IMG/VR virus record: IMGVR_UViG_3300044922_000175
Location: 1-64,000 of that record
Source: a virus
Reading direction: 5' to 3' (one strand)
Length of the DNA stretch: 64,000 bases
Shown: piece by piece, positions 7,626 to 17,100 of the stretch
Layout of the letters: each line of letters starts with the position of its first letter
How positions within the stretch are numbered: the stretch's first letter is position 1
The notes under the pieces: generated by a model
What the model was told of the DNA's origin: nothing
The model's database searches: none
The model's input: only the letters and a program-made list of their open reading frames with translations
Program-made: the position numbers and the translations under genes

Positions 7626-8725
7626 CTAAAAGAGATCAAATACAACAAAATGCATTAATAGAAGTAATTAAATACAAAAGAAGTAGCGCTGTAATGAGTA
7701 TGGGATCCGGTAAAACTAAACTGGGCCTAATGCACATGCAGTATTATCTACATGATCAAAGCAGATACCTAGTAGTAGCACCCAAAAGATCTATCTTCCA
7801 ATCTTGGATTGATGATTGTAAAAAGTTTGAGTGTGAAGAGTTACTAGAGCATATCACCTTTACAACATATTTATCTTTAAGTAAGAATAAAACAGATTAT
7901 GACTGTGTGTATCTTGATGAGATGCATAGTCTATTAGATAGTCACCTAGAGTGGCTTGAAAGTTACCGGGGAAGAATACTAGGTCTAACAGGTACACCTC
8001 CTAAGAGAGGCTCTAAAGCAGATATAGTATTTAAATATTGTCCGGTTAAATTTACATACACTGTAGATACCGCAATTGATGATAAAATTCTTAATGACTA
8101 TGAGATCCATGTGCATACTATGCCATTGGATACTAGGAATAACATTAAGAAAGAATCTAAGAAGACCGGTACATGGTATACATCTGAGTATAAGCAATAC
8201 AGTTTCTGGAATAGCAAGCTACAGAATGCCAGCAGTGATAAAGAAGTAAGATTCTTAAGAATCATGCGCATGAAAACACTGATGAGCTTACCAAGCAAAG
8301 AGAAATATGCCACACATCTTATGAATAGCACCACTAATAAATGTATAGTGTTTGCCAATACTAAAGAACAAGCAGATAAACTTTGTAGGTATAGCTATTA
8401 TTCCGGGAATAAAAAATCTGAGGATAATCTTCAGAAATTTAAAGATGGTACTATTGATAGACTAAGCTGTGTACTACAACTTAATGAAGGTATTAATATC
8501 CCTAACCTTAAAGAGGGTATTATCCTACATAGTTACAGTAATGAGCGCAAGTCTAATCAACGTATAGGTAGATTGCTAAGACTAAATCCGGATGAGAAGT
8601 CTATAATCCATATATTATGCTATAGTAATACTATAGATGAGACATGGGTAAAGGAAGCCTTATCAGATTTAGACCAAACTAAAATTGCCTGGAAACAGAT
8701 TAACCAATTACAATTAGAGTTATGA
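7622..8725 (+). CDS. Superfamily 2 DNA helicase (DExH, UvsW/ResIII-like)
   Basis: MGSGKT Walker A, DEMH, LTGTP, LNEGINIP, QRIGRLLR. Confidence 0.9.
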   Translation: MTKRDQIQQNALIEVIKYKRSSAVMSMGSGKTKLGLMHMQYYLHDQSRYLVVAPKRSIFQSWIDDCKKFECEELLEHITFTTYLSLSKNKTDYDCVYLDEMHSLLDSHLEWLESYRGRILGLTGTPPKRGSKADIVFKYCPVKFTYTVDTAIDDKILNDYEIHVHTMPLDTRNNIKKESKKTGTWYTSEYKQYSFWNSKLQNASSDKEVRFLRIMRMKTLMSLPSKEKYATHLMNSTTNKCIVFANTKEQADKLCRYSYYSGNKKSEDNLQKFKDGTIDRLSCVLQLNEGINIPNLKEGIILHSYSNERKSNQRIGRLLRLNPDEKSIIHILCYSNTIDETWVKEALSDLDQTKIAWKQINQLQLEL

Positions 8726-9111
8726 AAGTATTCACAACAACATTACTTAAGAAAGATGGTAAGTTAGATTTTAATAATGATGCCGTCAAGAAAGTATATA
8801 ACCAATTTGTTGGAGTAGTACCGGATGGTTTTACTGTTAATGTAATCTTTGAATTAAATGGTCCTAAAGCTACACTAGCCCAAATATCTAAAGCACATGC
8901 TGCTTGTAGAGAGATAGCTGTGTTTACGGGACATAACTTTGAGGATGTAAAATTATTAGTAAAAGAGAAGGCAGGATTGATTATAAAAAATAATAGTGAT
9001 GGGGAAACCACCACTATTATTAAATCCTTTGCTGACTGCTCTAAGGAAGAGATGAGTCAGGTAATACAAGTTACCGAAGAAATGTGCGCTAGTATGGGAA
9101 TAGGATGTTAA
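8722..9111 (+). CDS. NinB/Orf-like recombination accessory protein
   Basis: TLAQISKAHAACREIA...TGHNFEDVK...SFADCSKEEMSQVI pattern. Confidence 0.55.
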   Translation: MKVFTTTLLKKDGKLDFNNDAVKKVYNQFVGVVPDGFTVNVIFELNGPKATLAQISKAHAACREIAVFTGHNFEDVKLLVKEKAGLIIKNNSDGETTTIIKSFADCSKEEMSQVIQVTEEMCASMGIGC

Positions 9112-9407
9112 TTACCTAGGTTTTTAGCATCCTCTTCAATTTCTTCAATAGTCTTGTATTCTGTAAGTCCTGATTCTGAACCTGCTTTTTCTATATCATT
9201 AATAAGAATAGCTAAAGTTTCATAATGAAACTCCCAAGGTTCACTGTGTGTTTGATTCTTAATTTTTTCACCAGCAGTAGTTAACTCATCTTGAGTTTTA
9301 TCTTTAAGTACATAAAATAATAAAGACTTTACTCTAGTTAAAAAAGCACCATTTACCTCAATCTTAACAATCGCAGAGAAAGGTAACATTCCAATTTTTT
9401 CAGACAT
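9108..9407 (-). CDS. Hypothetical protein on a minus-strand island (MSEKIG...)
   Basis: ORF track; start moved to ATG 9407, which follows a TAnnTTTG box. Confidence 0.7.
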   Translation of the reverse strand: MSEKIGMLPFSAIVKIEVNGAFLTRVKSLLFYVLKDKTQDELTTAGEKIKNQTHSEPWEFHYETLAILINDIEKAGSESGLTEYKTIEEIEEDAKNLGN

Positions 9408-9412
9408 AATAA

Positions 9413-9420
9413 CAAATTTA
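9413..9420 (-). promoter_or_regulatory. Bacteroidota-type promoter (TTTG-N21-TAAATTTG), 5 nt before ATG 9407
   Basis: CAAATTTA at 9413-9420 and CAAA at 9442-9445 on the + strand. Confidence 0.65.
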
Positions 9421-9426
9421 TACAAT

Positions 9427-10149
9427 ATGAGCACTATTCAACAAATAAATGTAGAAGAAATACAAAAAAAATTAGCAAATACTCTTAGTAAAACAGCTTG
9501 GTATAATGTATTAAACCATTTTATTACTAAAAGCGAGTTCCAAGAAATTGTAGAAAAACTTATATATGAGGTTGAGCAAGGAAAAAGATTTGTACCTAAA
9601 ATTAAGAATACTCTGAATGCATTTAAAGAATGTGATCTTAGTGATTTAAAAGTAGTTATAATTGGTCAAGATCCTTATCCCTGGTTATATAAGAACCATC
9701 CTGATGGTACTGTAGCAGATGGTTTAGCTTTTAGTTGTGGTCATAGTATGAAGATACAACCATCTTTAGACTATATCTATAATGCTATGGGTAAAGAACC
9801 TGATGATAGAAACCCGGATTTAAGATATCTGGCAAATCAAGGTGTATTATTATTAAACAGTGCGTTTACTGTAGAAGTAAATAAGCCAGGTACTCACTAT
9901 GATATCTGGAAACCTTTTATGAATATAGTAATTGATACAATTAATTATAATAAATCAGATATTGTTTTTATATTGCTTGGGAAAGTAGCACAACAGTTTG
10001 AAGATATGATATCTGATAAACACCTAGTACTAAAAGCATCTCATCCTGCAAGTGCTGGATACAATAAAGGTGTTTGGAACTGTGATGATGTCTTCAATAG
10101 AGCAAATAACTATTTAAAAGAAAAAGATAAAACTACAATACAATGGTAA
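9427..10149 (+). CDS. ung: Uracil-DNA glycosylase, family 1
   Basis: GQDPY, GLAFS, GVLLLNS and SHPAS motifs. Confidence 0.95.
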   Translation: MSTIQQINVEEIQKKLANTLSKTAWYNVLNHFITKSEFQEIVEKLIYEVEQGKRFVPKIKNTLNAFKECDLSDLKVVIIGQDPYPWLYKNHPDGTVADGLAFSCGHSMKIQPSLDYIYNAMGKEPDDRNPDLRYLANQGVLLLNSAFTVEVNKPGTHYDIWKPFMNIVIDTINYNKSDIVFILLGKVAQQFEDMISDKHLVLKASHPASAGYNKGVWNCDDVFNRANNYLKEKDKTTIQW

Positions 10150-10337
10150 GAGATTTTATTGACACGGTAATCTGTACTTATATACATAAGAAGTACAAAG
10201 AAAAAAACCCAGCTGTTGTAGCCAGGTTTCTTAAATTAAAGTATGGAGTATCTTGCTCTATTGATGTAATCAACAAAAGATACAATTTAGAAAAATGCTC
10301 TCTTGAGTCTGAAGCCAATGTAAAGAGCAATAGCTAA
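10143..10337 (+). CDS. Small hypothetical protein
   Basis: ORF track; coupled to the ung stop. Confidence 0.5.
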   Translation: MVRDFIDTVICTYIHKKYKEKNPAVVARFLKLKYGVSCSIDVINKRYNLEKCSLESEANVKSNS

Positions 10338-10814
10338 TAGAAGACCATAGAGCTCTGCTTTTAACTTTTTAATATCGGAGCTCTTATCTTTTATAATAAA
10401 CTCTTGTTCTTTAATGGTACTATCTTTAAGCCGGATATCATTTTCTAATACAGACTCATAAGACTTATCTCTTAGCTTCTGTGTGATTGTATTATTCTTT
10501 ACAATGGTCTGAGTTTTCTCAGGACAAAATGCCGAAACAGCGCCATTCTGAATAGTAATTCTTACATCACCTACAGTGGTATCCAAACTAACACCCTTTA
10601 AACCATCATGAATAACTGTAGTTTGCTTTACGGTATCAATAGTTGTAAGAGTATCAATACTAGTAACGGTGTCAATAATGGTATCAACAACGCAAAGCTT
10701 TCTCCTAAAGAATTCTTCTTTGGTGTTACTGATATGTTTTTCTTTGAAAGCAAGTTTAACAGGGTTACATGCTAATAGTGTGATAGTTAATAAGATTGAT
10801 AATCGGTATTTCAT
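10287..10814 (-). CDS. Lipoprotein with C-terminal TM, unimolecular-spanin-like
   Basis: Lipobox LLAC at residue 16, beta-rich middle, C-terminal LYGLLLAIALYIGF followed by RLKR. Confidence 0.6.
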   Translation of the reverse strand: MKYRLSILLTITLLACNPVKLAFKEKHISNTKEEFFRRKLCVVDTIIDTVTSIDTLTTIDTVKQTTVIHDGLKGVSLDTTVGDVRITIQNGAVSAFCPEKTQTIVKNNTITQKLRDKSYESVLENDIRLKDSTIKEQEFIIKDKSSDIKKLKAELYGLLLAIALYIGFRLKRAFF

Positions 10815-10819
10815 ATAGT

Positions 10820-11131
10820 TTAAATTTTGGTTTTACTTAATTCCTGATCTAAATCACAAATCTCTTCGTGTTTAGCAACAGGAACAAAAAAAGGTAACTT
10901 TTTTTCAGGTAGCTCACCTTTATTAGATGCTCTCCTAAAATAGTTACCCTTGATTAGAGCTAAGTCTTTTTCTAAAGACTCAATTCTAGCTTGCTGTGAG
11001 CTTGATACCTCTAAAAGACGTTTTACATCTTGCTTCATCTCACGGAGATCAGTCCAAATCATCATCCCAAGTATTGAGATAATTGCGGGACTAGCCCAAA
11101 TTTTAATTTTGTCAATAACGTTTGTTGCCAT
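10820..11131 (-). CDS. Single-TM coiled-coil protein, holin-like
   Basis: TM IWASPAIISILGMMIW followed by a heptad-like segment; directly upstream of the u-spanin-like gene. Confidence 0.5.
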   Translation of the reverse strand: MATNVIDKIKIWASPAIISILGMMIWTDLREMKQDVKRLLEVSSSQQARIESLEKDLALIKGNYFRRASNKGELPEKKLPFFVPVAKHEEICDLDQELSKTKI

Positions 11132-11288
11132 AACTAAAAAGGGTTAGCCTTCCTCTGAGATAACCCATCTTTGGAAACCTGCAGATAGAGGAAGGCATCC
11201 CCACCTAAATTAAAACTATGAATGATAGAAGTTGTCAAAAGATATACAGATTTCTAGATAGGTTCTTGTGGATACGATGTTAGTGAGT

Positions 11289-11296
11289 TATATTTG
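11289..11296 (+). promoter_or_regulatory. Bacteroidota-type promoter (TTG-N20-TATATTTG) upstream of 11326
   Basis: TTG ends at 11268; TAnnTTTG at 11289-11296. Confidence 0.65.
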
Positions 11297-11325
11297 TACT
11301 CCCACTATTAATATACAAACCAACT

Positions 11326-11781
11326 ATGAAAGAAACAATAAAAAGTGAAGAAGTAGAGGAAGAAATTGCAAAATTTAAAAAGCAATTTCAGGAAAAACAC
11401 GGCATTAAACTAATTGTATTATCTCCTGCAGATAATATAAATAGGCTTACAATACCGGAAGCAGCTGAAATTATTAATAGACACCTGGTTAAGTATAGTG
11501 CACTGCATTATAAAAAACCGGCTAAAAAGAAATCTAGAAGAGAGGATACAGTTATTCACTCACAGGCATTCTGTAAGATTTGTAAAGATCTTAATTATGG
11601 ACCTAGTGAAATAGCAAGATTTCTTGATAAGGATCATAGTACCGTTATATACTCTATAAGAAAAGCAAGTGACTTATTATCTATAAATGATAACCGCTTC
11701 TTAACTGTATATAATTCTGTTAAACGAGAGATAATAAATAAAATGTATGGAAGAGATATTCAATATTCTGATTCAGAATAA
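11326..11781 (+). CDS. DnaA domain IV (Bac_DnaA_C)-like HTH protein
   Basis: SRREDTVIHSQAF...SEIARFLDKDHSTVIYSIRK resembles the DnaA signature RDHTTVxHA. Confidence 0.75.
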   Translation: MKETIKSEEVEEEIAKFKKQFQEKHGIKLIVLSPADNINRLTIPEAAEIINRHLVKYSALHYKKPAKKKSRREDTVIHSQAFCKICKDLNYGPSEIARFLDKDHSTVIYSIRKASDLLSINDNRFLTVYNSVKREIINKMYGRDIQYSDSE

Positions 11782-12334
11782 GATAACTCCTAACCAGCAT
11801 TACATGCTACATTGTCTCCGGAATAAAATACAACCTACTGCTATTAATCCATATGCAGAGGGAAGAGAACTCAAGTTTAAAGGTTTAGTAAATGATAAGT
11901 GGGAACTACTCCCAATTGCCACTGAACTCCTTGATAAGATAGATGAGTTCTTCCATGTAAAGAAAGAAGAGACAACTAAAGTAATTGCCGGTGATGATTT
12001 TAAAGAGAACATAGTCAAGTATCTGGACCTATTCCCTAAACGTAAACTACCAAGCGGTAAACTAGCTAGATCAGACAAGAAGAATATTGAGAGTAACTTC
12101 AGATGGTTCTTTAAAACCTTTGAGTATTCTTGGGACACTGTTCTTAAAGCAACAGCTCACTATGTAGACGAGTATGAGAAGAAGAATTATCTATACATGC
12201 AGACATCACAATACTTTATCAGTAAGACACAACCGGATAAATCCAAAATGTCAGAACTGGCAAACTATTGTGCAATGCTAATAGATGGTGTAGATATGGA
12301 TGATGATGATCATTTTAAAGAAAAAGTAGTATGA
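11747..12334 (+). CDS. Conserved replication-region protein (possible initiator or helicase loader)
   Basis: Position directly upstream of the DnaB-like gene with ATGA coupling; function inferred from position only. Confidence 0.45.
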   Translation: MEEIFNILIQNKITPNQHYMLHCLRNKIQPTAINPYAEGRELKFKGLVNDKWELLPIATELLDKIDEFFHVKKEETTKVIAGDDFKENIVKYLDLFPKRKLPSGKLARSDKKNIESNFRWFFKTFEYSWDTVLKATAHYVDEYEKKNYLYMQTSQYFISKTQPDKSKMSELANYCAMLIDGVDMDDDDHFKEKVV

Positions 12335-13293
12335 CAAAAGAGTTATGGATTCCTAGAAAAGATGGCTTTAAGAAAGCTTTAGAGTACATGAAGGGTAGAT
12401 CTGATGGAGTTATTAAATCCATACAGACACCCTGGGCTAAATTTAATGATGCTACTACTAATGGTATTGAGTGGAACACACTTAATGTAATTGGTGGTAG
12501 ACCAGGTGCTGGTAAAACTCTGATTAAAGACCAGATTATCCGGGAAGCATTTGCTCTTAACCCAGATACACAGTTTAGAGTACTAGAATTCAGCTTTGAG
12601 ATGATTATGCAGACATCATGCCTGCGTGATTTTAGTGCAAGTTTAGGTAAGACTTATAAGTATCTGTGTAGTGCAGAGAACAATAAACTTACCAATGAAG
12701 AGTTAGCTCAATGTTATGAGTTAGCAAAACAGAAGGTGCACTATCCTATTGACACAGTTGAACAACCCTGTACTGTAAATGAGATGCGTGATATAGTAGA
12801 TAAATACATCAATGAATATCAGACAAAGACAATTATTACATTGGACCACAGTATCCTATTAAAGAAAGCCCCATACCATAGAGACAAATACGAGATGTTA
12901 TATGAGTTTGGTGAGATGCTTACTGAGATAAAAAGAGTGTACCCAATTACTATGATTGTTCTTAGTCAGTTAAATAGAAGTGTAGAATCACCGGAAAGAA
13001 ATGAAGATGGTAAGTATGGTAACTACATACTTGACTCTGATATCTTTGGTGGTGATGCTCTATTACAGCACGCTGACTTAGTAGTAGGTCTTAACAGGCC
13101 AGCAAAACAAAAAATTAAATACTATGGACCTGATAGATATATCATTGAAGATGATAAGACTTTGGTTATGCACTTTCTTAAAGCAAGAAATGGTGATAAC
13201 CGGATGTCATTCTTTAAGGCCCAATTTGAAAAGATGAGTGTAACAGAAATGGAGACACCAGCAACACAAGAAAGAAGAATTAAAACCGTATGA
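12331..13293 (+). CDS. dnaB: Replicative DnaB-like (SF4) helicase
   Basis: GGRPGAGKT, FSFEM, LDH, LSQLNR, ALLQHADLVV, KARNG. Confidence 0.9.
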   Translation: MTKELWIPRKDGFKKALEYMKGRSDGVIKSIQTPWAKFNDATTNGIEWNTLNVIGGRPGAGKTLIKDQIIREAFALNPDTQFRVLEFSFEMIMQTSCLRDFSASLGKTYKYLCSAENNKLTNEELAQCYELAKQKVHYPIDTVEQPCTVNEMRDIVDKYINEYQTKTIITLDHSILLKKAPYHRDKYEMLYEFGEMLTEIKRVYPITMIVLSQLNRSVESPERNEDGKYGNYILDSDIFGGDALLQHADLVVGLNRPAKQKIKYYGPDRYIIEDDKTLVMHFLKARNGDNRMSFFKAQFEKMSVTEMETPATQERRIKTV

Positions 13294-13838
13294 TAAGCAC
13301 AAAATCAACACAGAAACTTAGTACGGAAGAAAGAAAGAAGAGGATACAAGACTTGTATGAACACCAAATGGAAAAATTCATGCAGGAAAATGTATCTGAA
13401 CCTTTATTTATTCCAAAGATGGCCTACAAACCGGCCACAAAAGATGAGAAGCACATTACATTCTTTGCCTCTGAGTTAGAGAGAGCAGAGTATTATGAGG
13501 TGCCTAAGAATGTATACACTGAATTTATTAGCAGTGAGTACATTCCTGAAGATCCCAAACGTACATTGTACAAGTGGGTATTTAATCCACACTGGAGAAC
13601 AGAGTATGATATCATTGAAGCTACAGAAAGCATTCAAGAGAGATACATGATTCCTGTTGCGGAACTTAGAATTGTGCAGCAACCTGTTGCACAAAAAGAA
13701 ATTAAATTGCCACAATTGGATCTAGGTCCTACAGATGAGCCTTTTAATATGCTTACAATTAGAGATCTTGCTGCTATCATGCTGAAGAAGCCAGTTAGTA
13801 ACAAGCAATGGTTAAATGAAATTATAAAATCAAAGTAA
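13290..13838 (+). CDS. Hypothetical protein, MISTK N-terminus
   Basis: ORF track; coupled within the replication operon. Confidence 0.8.
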   Translation: MISTKSTQKLSTEERKKRIQDLYEHQMEKFMQENVSEPLFIPKMAYKPATKDEKHITFFASELERAEYYEVPKNVYTEFISSEYIPEDPKRTLYKWVFNPHWRTEYDIIEATESIQERYMIPVAELRIVQQPVAQKEIKLPQLDLGPTDEPFNMLTIRDLAAIMLKKPVSNKQWLNEIIKSK

Positions 13839-13839
13839 T

Positions 13840-14523
13840 ATGGCATCAAGCATCTTAGTTATCGCAGAGAGTGGTGCAGGTAAAAGCACAAGTATTGCAA
13901 ACCTGGACCCACAAGAAACATTTATTATTAACGTTGCAAACAAACCACTTCCTTTTAAAGGATGGAAGTCTAAGTACAAAATCTGGAGTAGGGAAGACCA
14001 AACCGGTAACATGTATACAAGAGCAGCTTCTAAAGAAATTGAGGCCTGTCTTAAATATGTTAGTGAGAAGAGACCTGAGATTAAGAATATTGTAATTGAT
14101 GACTTTCAGTACATGTCAGCATTTGAGTATTTTGATAGAGCAGAAGAGAAAGGTTTTGACAAGTTTACTAGTATTGCTAAGAGTATTGCAACTATTGCAA
14201 AGCTCCCAACTACATTACGTGAAGATTTGTACATTTTCTTCTTAACCCATGCAGAAGAGTCTCAAGACTTAGAAGGTAGAAGAAAGTTTAAGGCCAAGAC
14301 TATTGGAAAATTAGTAGATAACAGTTTAACTTTGGAGGGACTATACTCTATAGTTTTATTTGGTAAAGTAAAGAAAGATAAGGATGGTGGTATGCGCTAC
14401 ATATTTGAGACCCAGAATAATGGTGAGAATACATGCAAGTCACCAGCCGGTATGTTTGAGTCCTTTGAGATTCCCAATGATTTAGAATTTGTAAAACAAG
14501 CAATAATTAACTACGAAAATTAA
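13840..14523 (+). CDS. AAA ATPase, Sak4/AAA_24-like single-strand annealing protein
   Basis: ESGAGKST, IVIDDFQY, LTH, KTIGKL..., TCKSPAGMF; followed by an SSB-like gene. Confidence 0.8.
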   Translation: MASSILVIAESGAGKSTSIANLDPQETFIINVANKPLPFKGWKSKYKIWSREDQTGNMYTRAASKEIEACLKYVSEKRPEIKNIVIDDFQYMSAFEYFDRAEEKGFDKFTSIAKSIATIAKLPTTLREDLYIFFLTHAEESQDLEGRRKFKAKTIGKLVDNSLTLEGLYSIVLFGKVKKDKDGGMRYIFETQNNGENTCKSPAGMFESFEIPNDLEFVKQAIINYEN

Positions 14524-14528
14524 TAACC

Positions 14529-15209
14529 ATGATTAGCACTAAAGACGTGCAAGCTACAAGTAGCTCGCCAAAGAAAACCCTGAGCCCCGGTGAACACACC
14601 GTGAAAATTAACTCTATTGCATTAGAGAGTGTAAGTTACAAAGCAGGTGCATACCACCTGATTCTTAACGTAGAAGGTCCTGACATGGGATCAGAATTTG
14701 AAGGATTCTTAGTAGACAAAGACAAGCCTAATGGTGCCCGTTACAAGGGTCAGATTGGTAAGGTTAAGTTTGGCTTTTATCCTTTCTCTGATGGTGAAAC
14801 CAAAACTGGTATCAAGATCAGTAGAGATTTGAGTATTTTACGTGCAGTACAGCAGTTATGTATTGCCGGAAATAAACTTGAGTGGTTTGAAGAAGCAGAT
14901 GGTAAGTTTGCAACTATTGAAGATTTTGTTAAAGCAGCCGGTACAATCATTTCTGATGATACCTTATTTAACATGTGTATCAATGGTAAAGAGTATGAGA
15001 AGAATGGTTATATCAACTATGATTTATTCTTACCAAAGTCTAGCAAAGAGGCCTATGCTGTAGAGTCTGCAGCTGCAAGCCCAAGTAAATTAATCTCTTA
15101 CAATCCTGAGTTACATATCAAGAAAGCTAAGGTAGAAACAGTAGCATCATTTGGTGATACTAATCCTTTTACCTCTGATTCTGGTACATCTACAGGATTT
15201 GAGTTTTAA
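14529..15209 (+). CDS. Putative single-stranded DNA-binding protein
   Basis: PGEHTVKI start, beta-rich core, flexible acidic tail ending GFEF; located after the Sak4-like gene. Confidence 0.65.
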   Translation: MISTKDVQATSSSPKKTLSPGEHTVKINSIALESVSYKAGAYHLILNVEGPDMGSEFEGFLVDKDKPNGARYKGQIGKVKFGFYPFSDGETKTGIKISRDLSILRAVQQLCIAGNKLEWFEEADGKFATIEDFVKAAGTIISDDTLFNMCINGKEYEKNGYINYDLFLPKSSKEAYAVESAAASPSKLISYNPELHIKKAKVETVASFGDTNPFTSDSGTSTGFEF

Positions 15210-15228
15210 GTTTTAAAGTTTATTATAT

Positions 15229-15258
15229 AAAAGGGGGATTATATGGTCCCCCTTTTTT
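15229..15258 (+). terminator. Rho-independent terminator
   Basis: AAGGGGGAT-TATATG-GTCCCCCTT followed by a T-tract. Confidence 0.85.
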
Positions 15259-15270
15259 ATTATTGCAGTT

Positions 15271-16260
15271 ATGATTAGCACAAAGATTCTAATTCCGGAT
15301 ATAAAGTCAGTACCTATTACATGGGTATTTGAGCATTATTGTAGATTAGATCAGAAGTTAACTGGTCAAGATATTAAGATAAAGTCCGTCTTTAATCCTA
15401 GTGAAAGAACTCCTAGTATGTGTATTTACTTTAAACAAGATAAAGAAAAATATTACTACAAAGATTTCTCAACGGATAATGGCGGTGATTGTATTGACTT
15501 AGTACAGAAGATGCTTGGTATAGATACCCGGTTAAATACTATGCACAAGCTTGTAAGAGATTACAATGAGTTTGTATTGCATAATAACGGTGGTTATGAC
15601 TTACAAGTGTTTAAACAGTACAATAAATACAAGATTGATAGATATGAAGTTAGGCAATGGAATACACTAGATAAAGGTTATTGGGGTAAATATGGTATAG
15701 GTTCTAAAATGCTAGAACACTACAACATAAAACCTCTAAGTAGTTACAGCATGTTCAAAGAAGAGGATGGTATATATAAAGTCTTAAATATTGAAGGCTC
15801 TAATATATATGGTTACTTTAAGAAAGATGGTACACTAGTTAAAATCTATCAGCCTAAAGTTCAGAAGAAGAAATTCTTAAAAGTAAAAGATTATGTACAA
15901 GGTAGTGAGCAACTATTCGGTAATGATTTATTAGTGATTGTATCCTCTCTCAAAGATGGTATGTGTTTAAAGAAGATGTATCCCCATATAGATTTTCTGG
16001 CACCAGATTCTGAGAATACAATGATTAAGAAAGAATATCTAAATGTCATTAGTGGTAACTATAAAAGTTGCTATATACTATTTGATAATGATGATGCCGG
16101 TAATAGAGCTACAATAAAGTATTGTAATCAATTTCTTTATTTAAAACCTTTATATTTGCCTTTCTCTAAAGACATCTCTGATTCTGTAAAGGATCATGGA
16201 TATCAAAAGATAAAGGAATATTTAGATAATTACTATGACAACATTTATCATACCGGGTAA
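15271..16260 (+). CDS. DnaG-like primase (degenerate CHC2-like N-terminus plus TOPRIM)
   Basis: SVFNPSERTPSM...YKDFSTDNGGDCIDLV; SSLKD; ILFDNDDAG. Confidence 0.8.
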   Translation: MISTKILIPDIKSVPITWVFEHYCRLDQKLTGQDIKIKSVFNPSERTPSMCIYFKQDKEKYYYKDFSTDNGGDCIDLVQKMLGIDTRLNTMHKLVRDYNEFVLHNNGGYDLQVFKQYNKYKIDRYEVRQWNTLDKGYWGKYGIGSKMLEHYNIKPLSSYSMFKEEDGIYKVLNIEGSNIYGYFKKDGTLVKIYQPKVQKKKFLKVKDYVQGSEQLFGNDLLVIVSSLKDGMCLKKMYPHIDFLAPDSENTMIKKEYLNVISGNYKSCYILFDNDDAGNRATIKYCNQFLYLKPLYLPFSKDISDSVKDHGYQKIKEYLDNYYDNIYHTG

Positions 16261-16612
16261 CACACCATCTAGTAAGAATGGTAGAGTATGGACAGGCAGA
16301 TACAGTATTGCAAGTGCAGCAACAAGAAAGTGGAAACTTGCTACTGATGAGCACTGGAAAGCACAAGCCAAGCAGTTTAGAAAAGAATCTAAAGATCTTG
16401 GTAAACCATTGTATATAGAGTTTAAGTTCTATAGAAAGAGCAGACATAAGTTTGACTTGATTAACATAGCACAAGCTGTACAAGATGCAATGGTAAACTA
16501 TGATTGGATAGATGATGATAACGCTGATGAACTAGTGCCGGTATTTGCTACTTATGAGTATGATAATAAAAACCCAAGAGTTGAAATTAAAATCCTAAAG
16601 AAATGGAAGTAA
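16235..16612 (+). CDS. rusA: RusA-like Holliday junction resolvase
   Basis: GNTPSSKN start; DLINIAQAVQDAM...IDDDN; NPRVEI end. Confidence 0.7.
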   Translation: MTTFIIPGNTPSSKNGRVWTGRYSIASAATRKWKLATDEHWKAQAKQFRKESKDLGKPLYIEFKFYRKSRHKFDLINIAQAVQDAMVNYDWIDDDNADELVPVFATYEYDNKNPRVEIKILKKWK

Positions 16613-16830
16613 AAAAGAAGATTAAGGTAATGTACGCTTTTAGTCAAGCTGCAGCTCTTTATGTAGACATTCATGGTTGGGATGCATTGTTTAGTAATAA
16701 ACATGAATCAATGCAGGAAGACTATGATTATGGTATTAAAGAATTTGATACCAAGAAAGAAGCAGAAGCCTATGTTAGTGGTGTAAATGATGCAAATGGT
16801 TGGACAGACCCTGTAGCAGAGATTGTGTGA
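16603..16830 (+). CDS. Hypothetical protein
   Basis: ORF track. Confidence 0.7.
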   Translation: MEVKKKIKVMYAFSQAAALYVDIHGWDALFSNKHESMQEDYDYGIKEFDTKKEAEAYVSGVNDANGWTDPVAEIV

Positions 16831-17087
16831 AGGAATCAGATTTAAAAGAAATTAGAAAGGCTTATATATTAGCTAAAGCACTTAATGTGCAGTATCAGTT
16901 TATTAGAGAACTTGTAAATCCAGAACTTAAAAAATCTGTAAACGAGGCAAAAGCTAAGAACTCTCATGTGATCAAGATTGTAAATGATTATTTCTCTAAG
17001 AGAAATGTTACAGGCTCATTTATAGATCAGGAAGAAGAATTAGCATTTCAGTTTTTAGAGGAACTGGATAAGATTACAAAACTTTAA
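16827..17087 (+). CDS. Hypothetical protein
   Basis: GTG 16827 overlapping the previous stop (GTGA) preferred as start. Confidence 0.65.
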   Translation: MKESDLKEIRKAYILAKALNVQYQFIRELVNPELKKSVNEAKAKNSHVIKIVNDYFSKRNVTGSFIDQEEELAFQFLEELDKITKL

Positions 17088-17100
17088 ACCCAAACTTACT

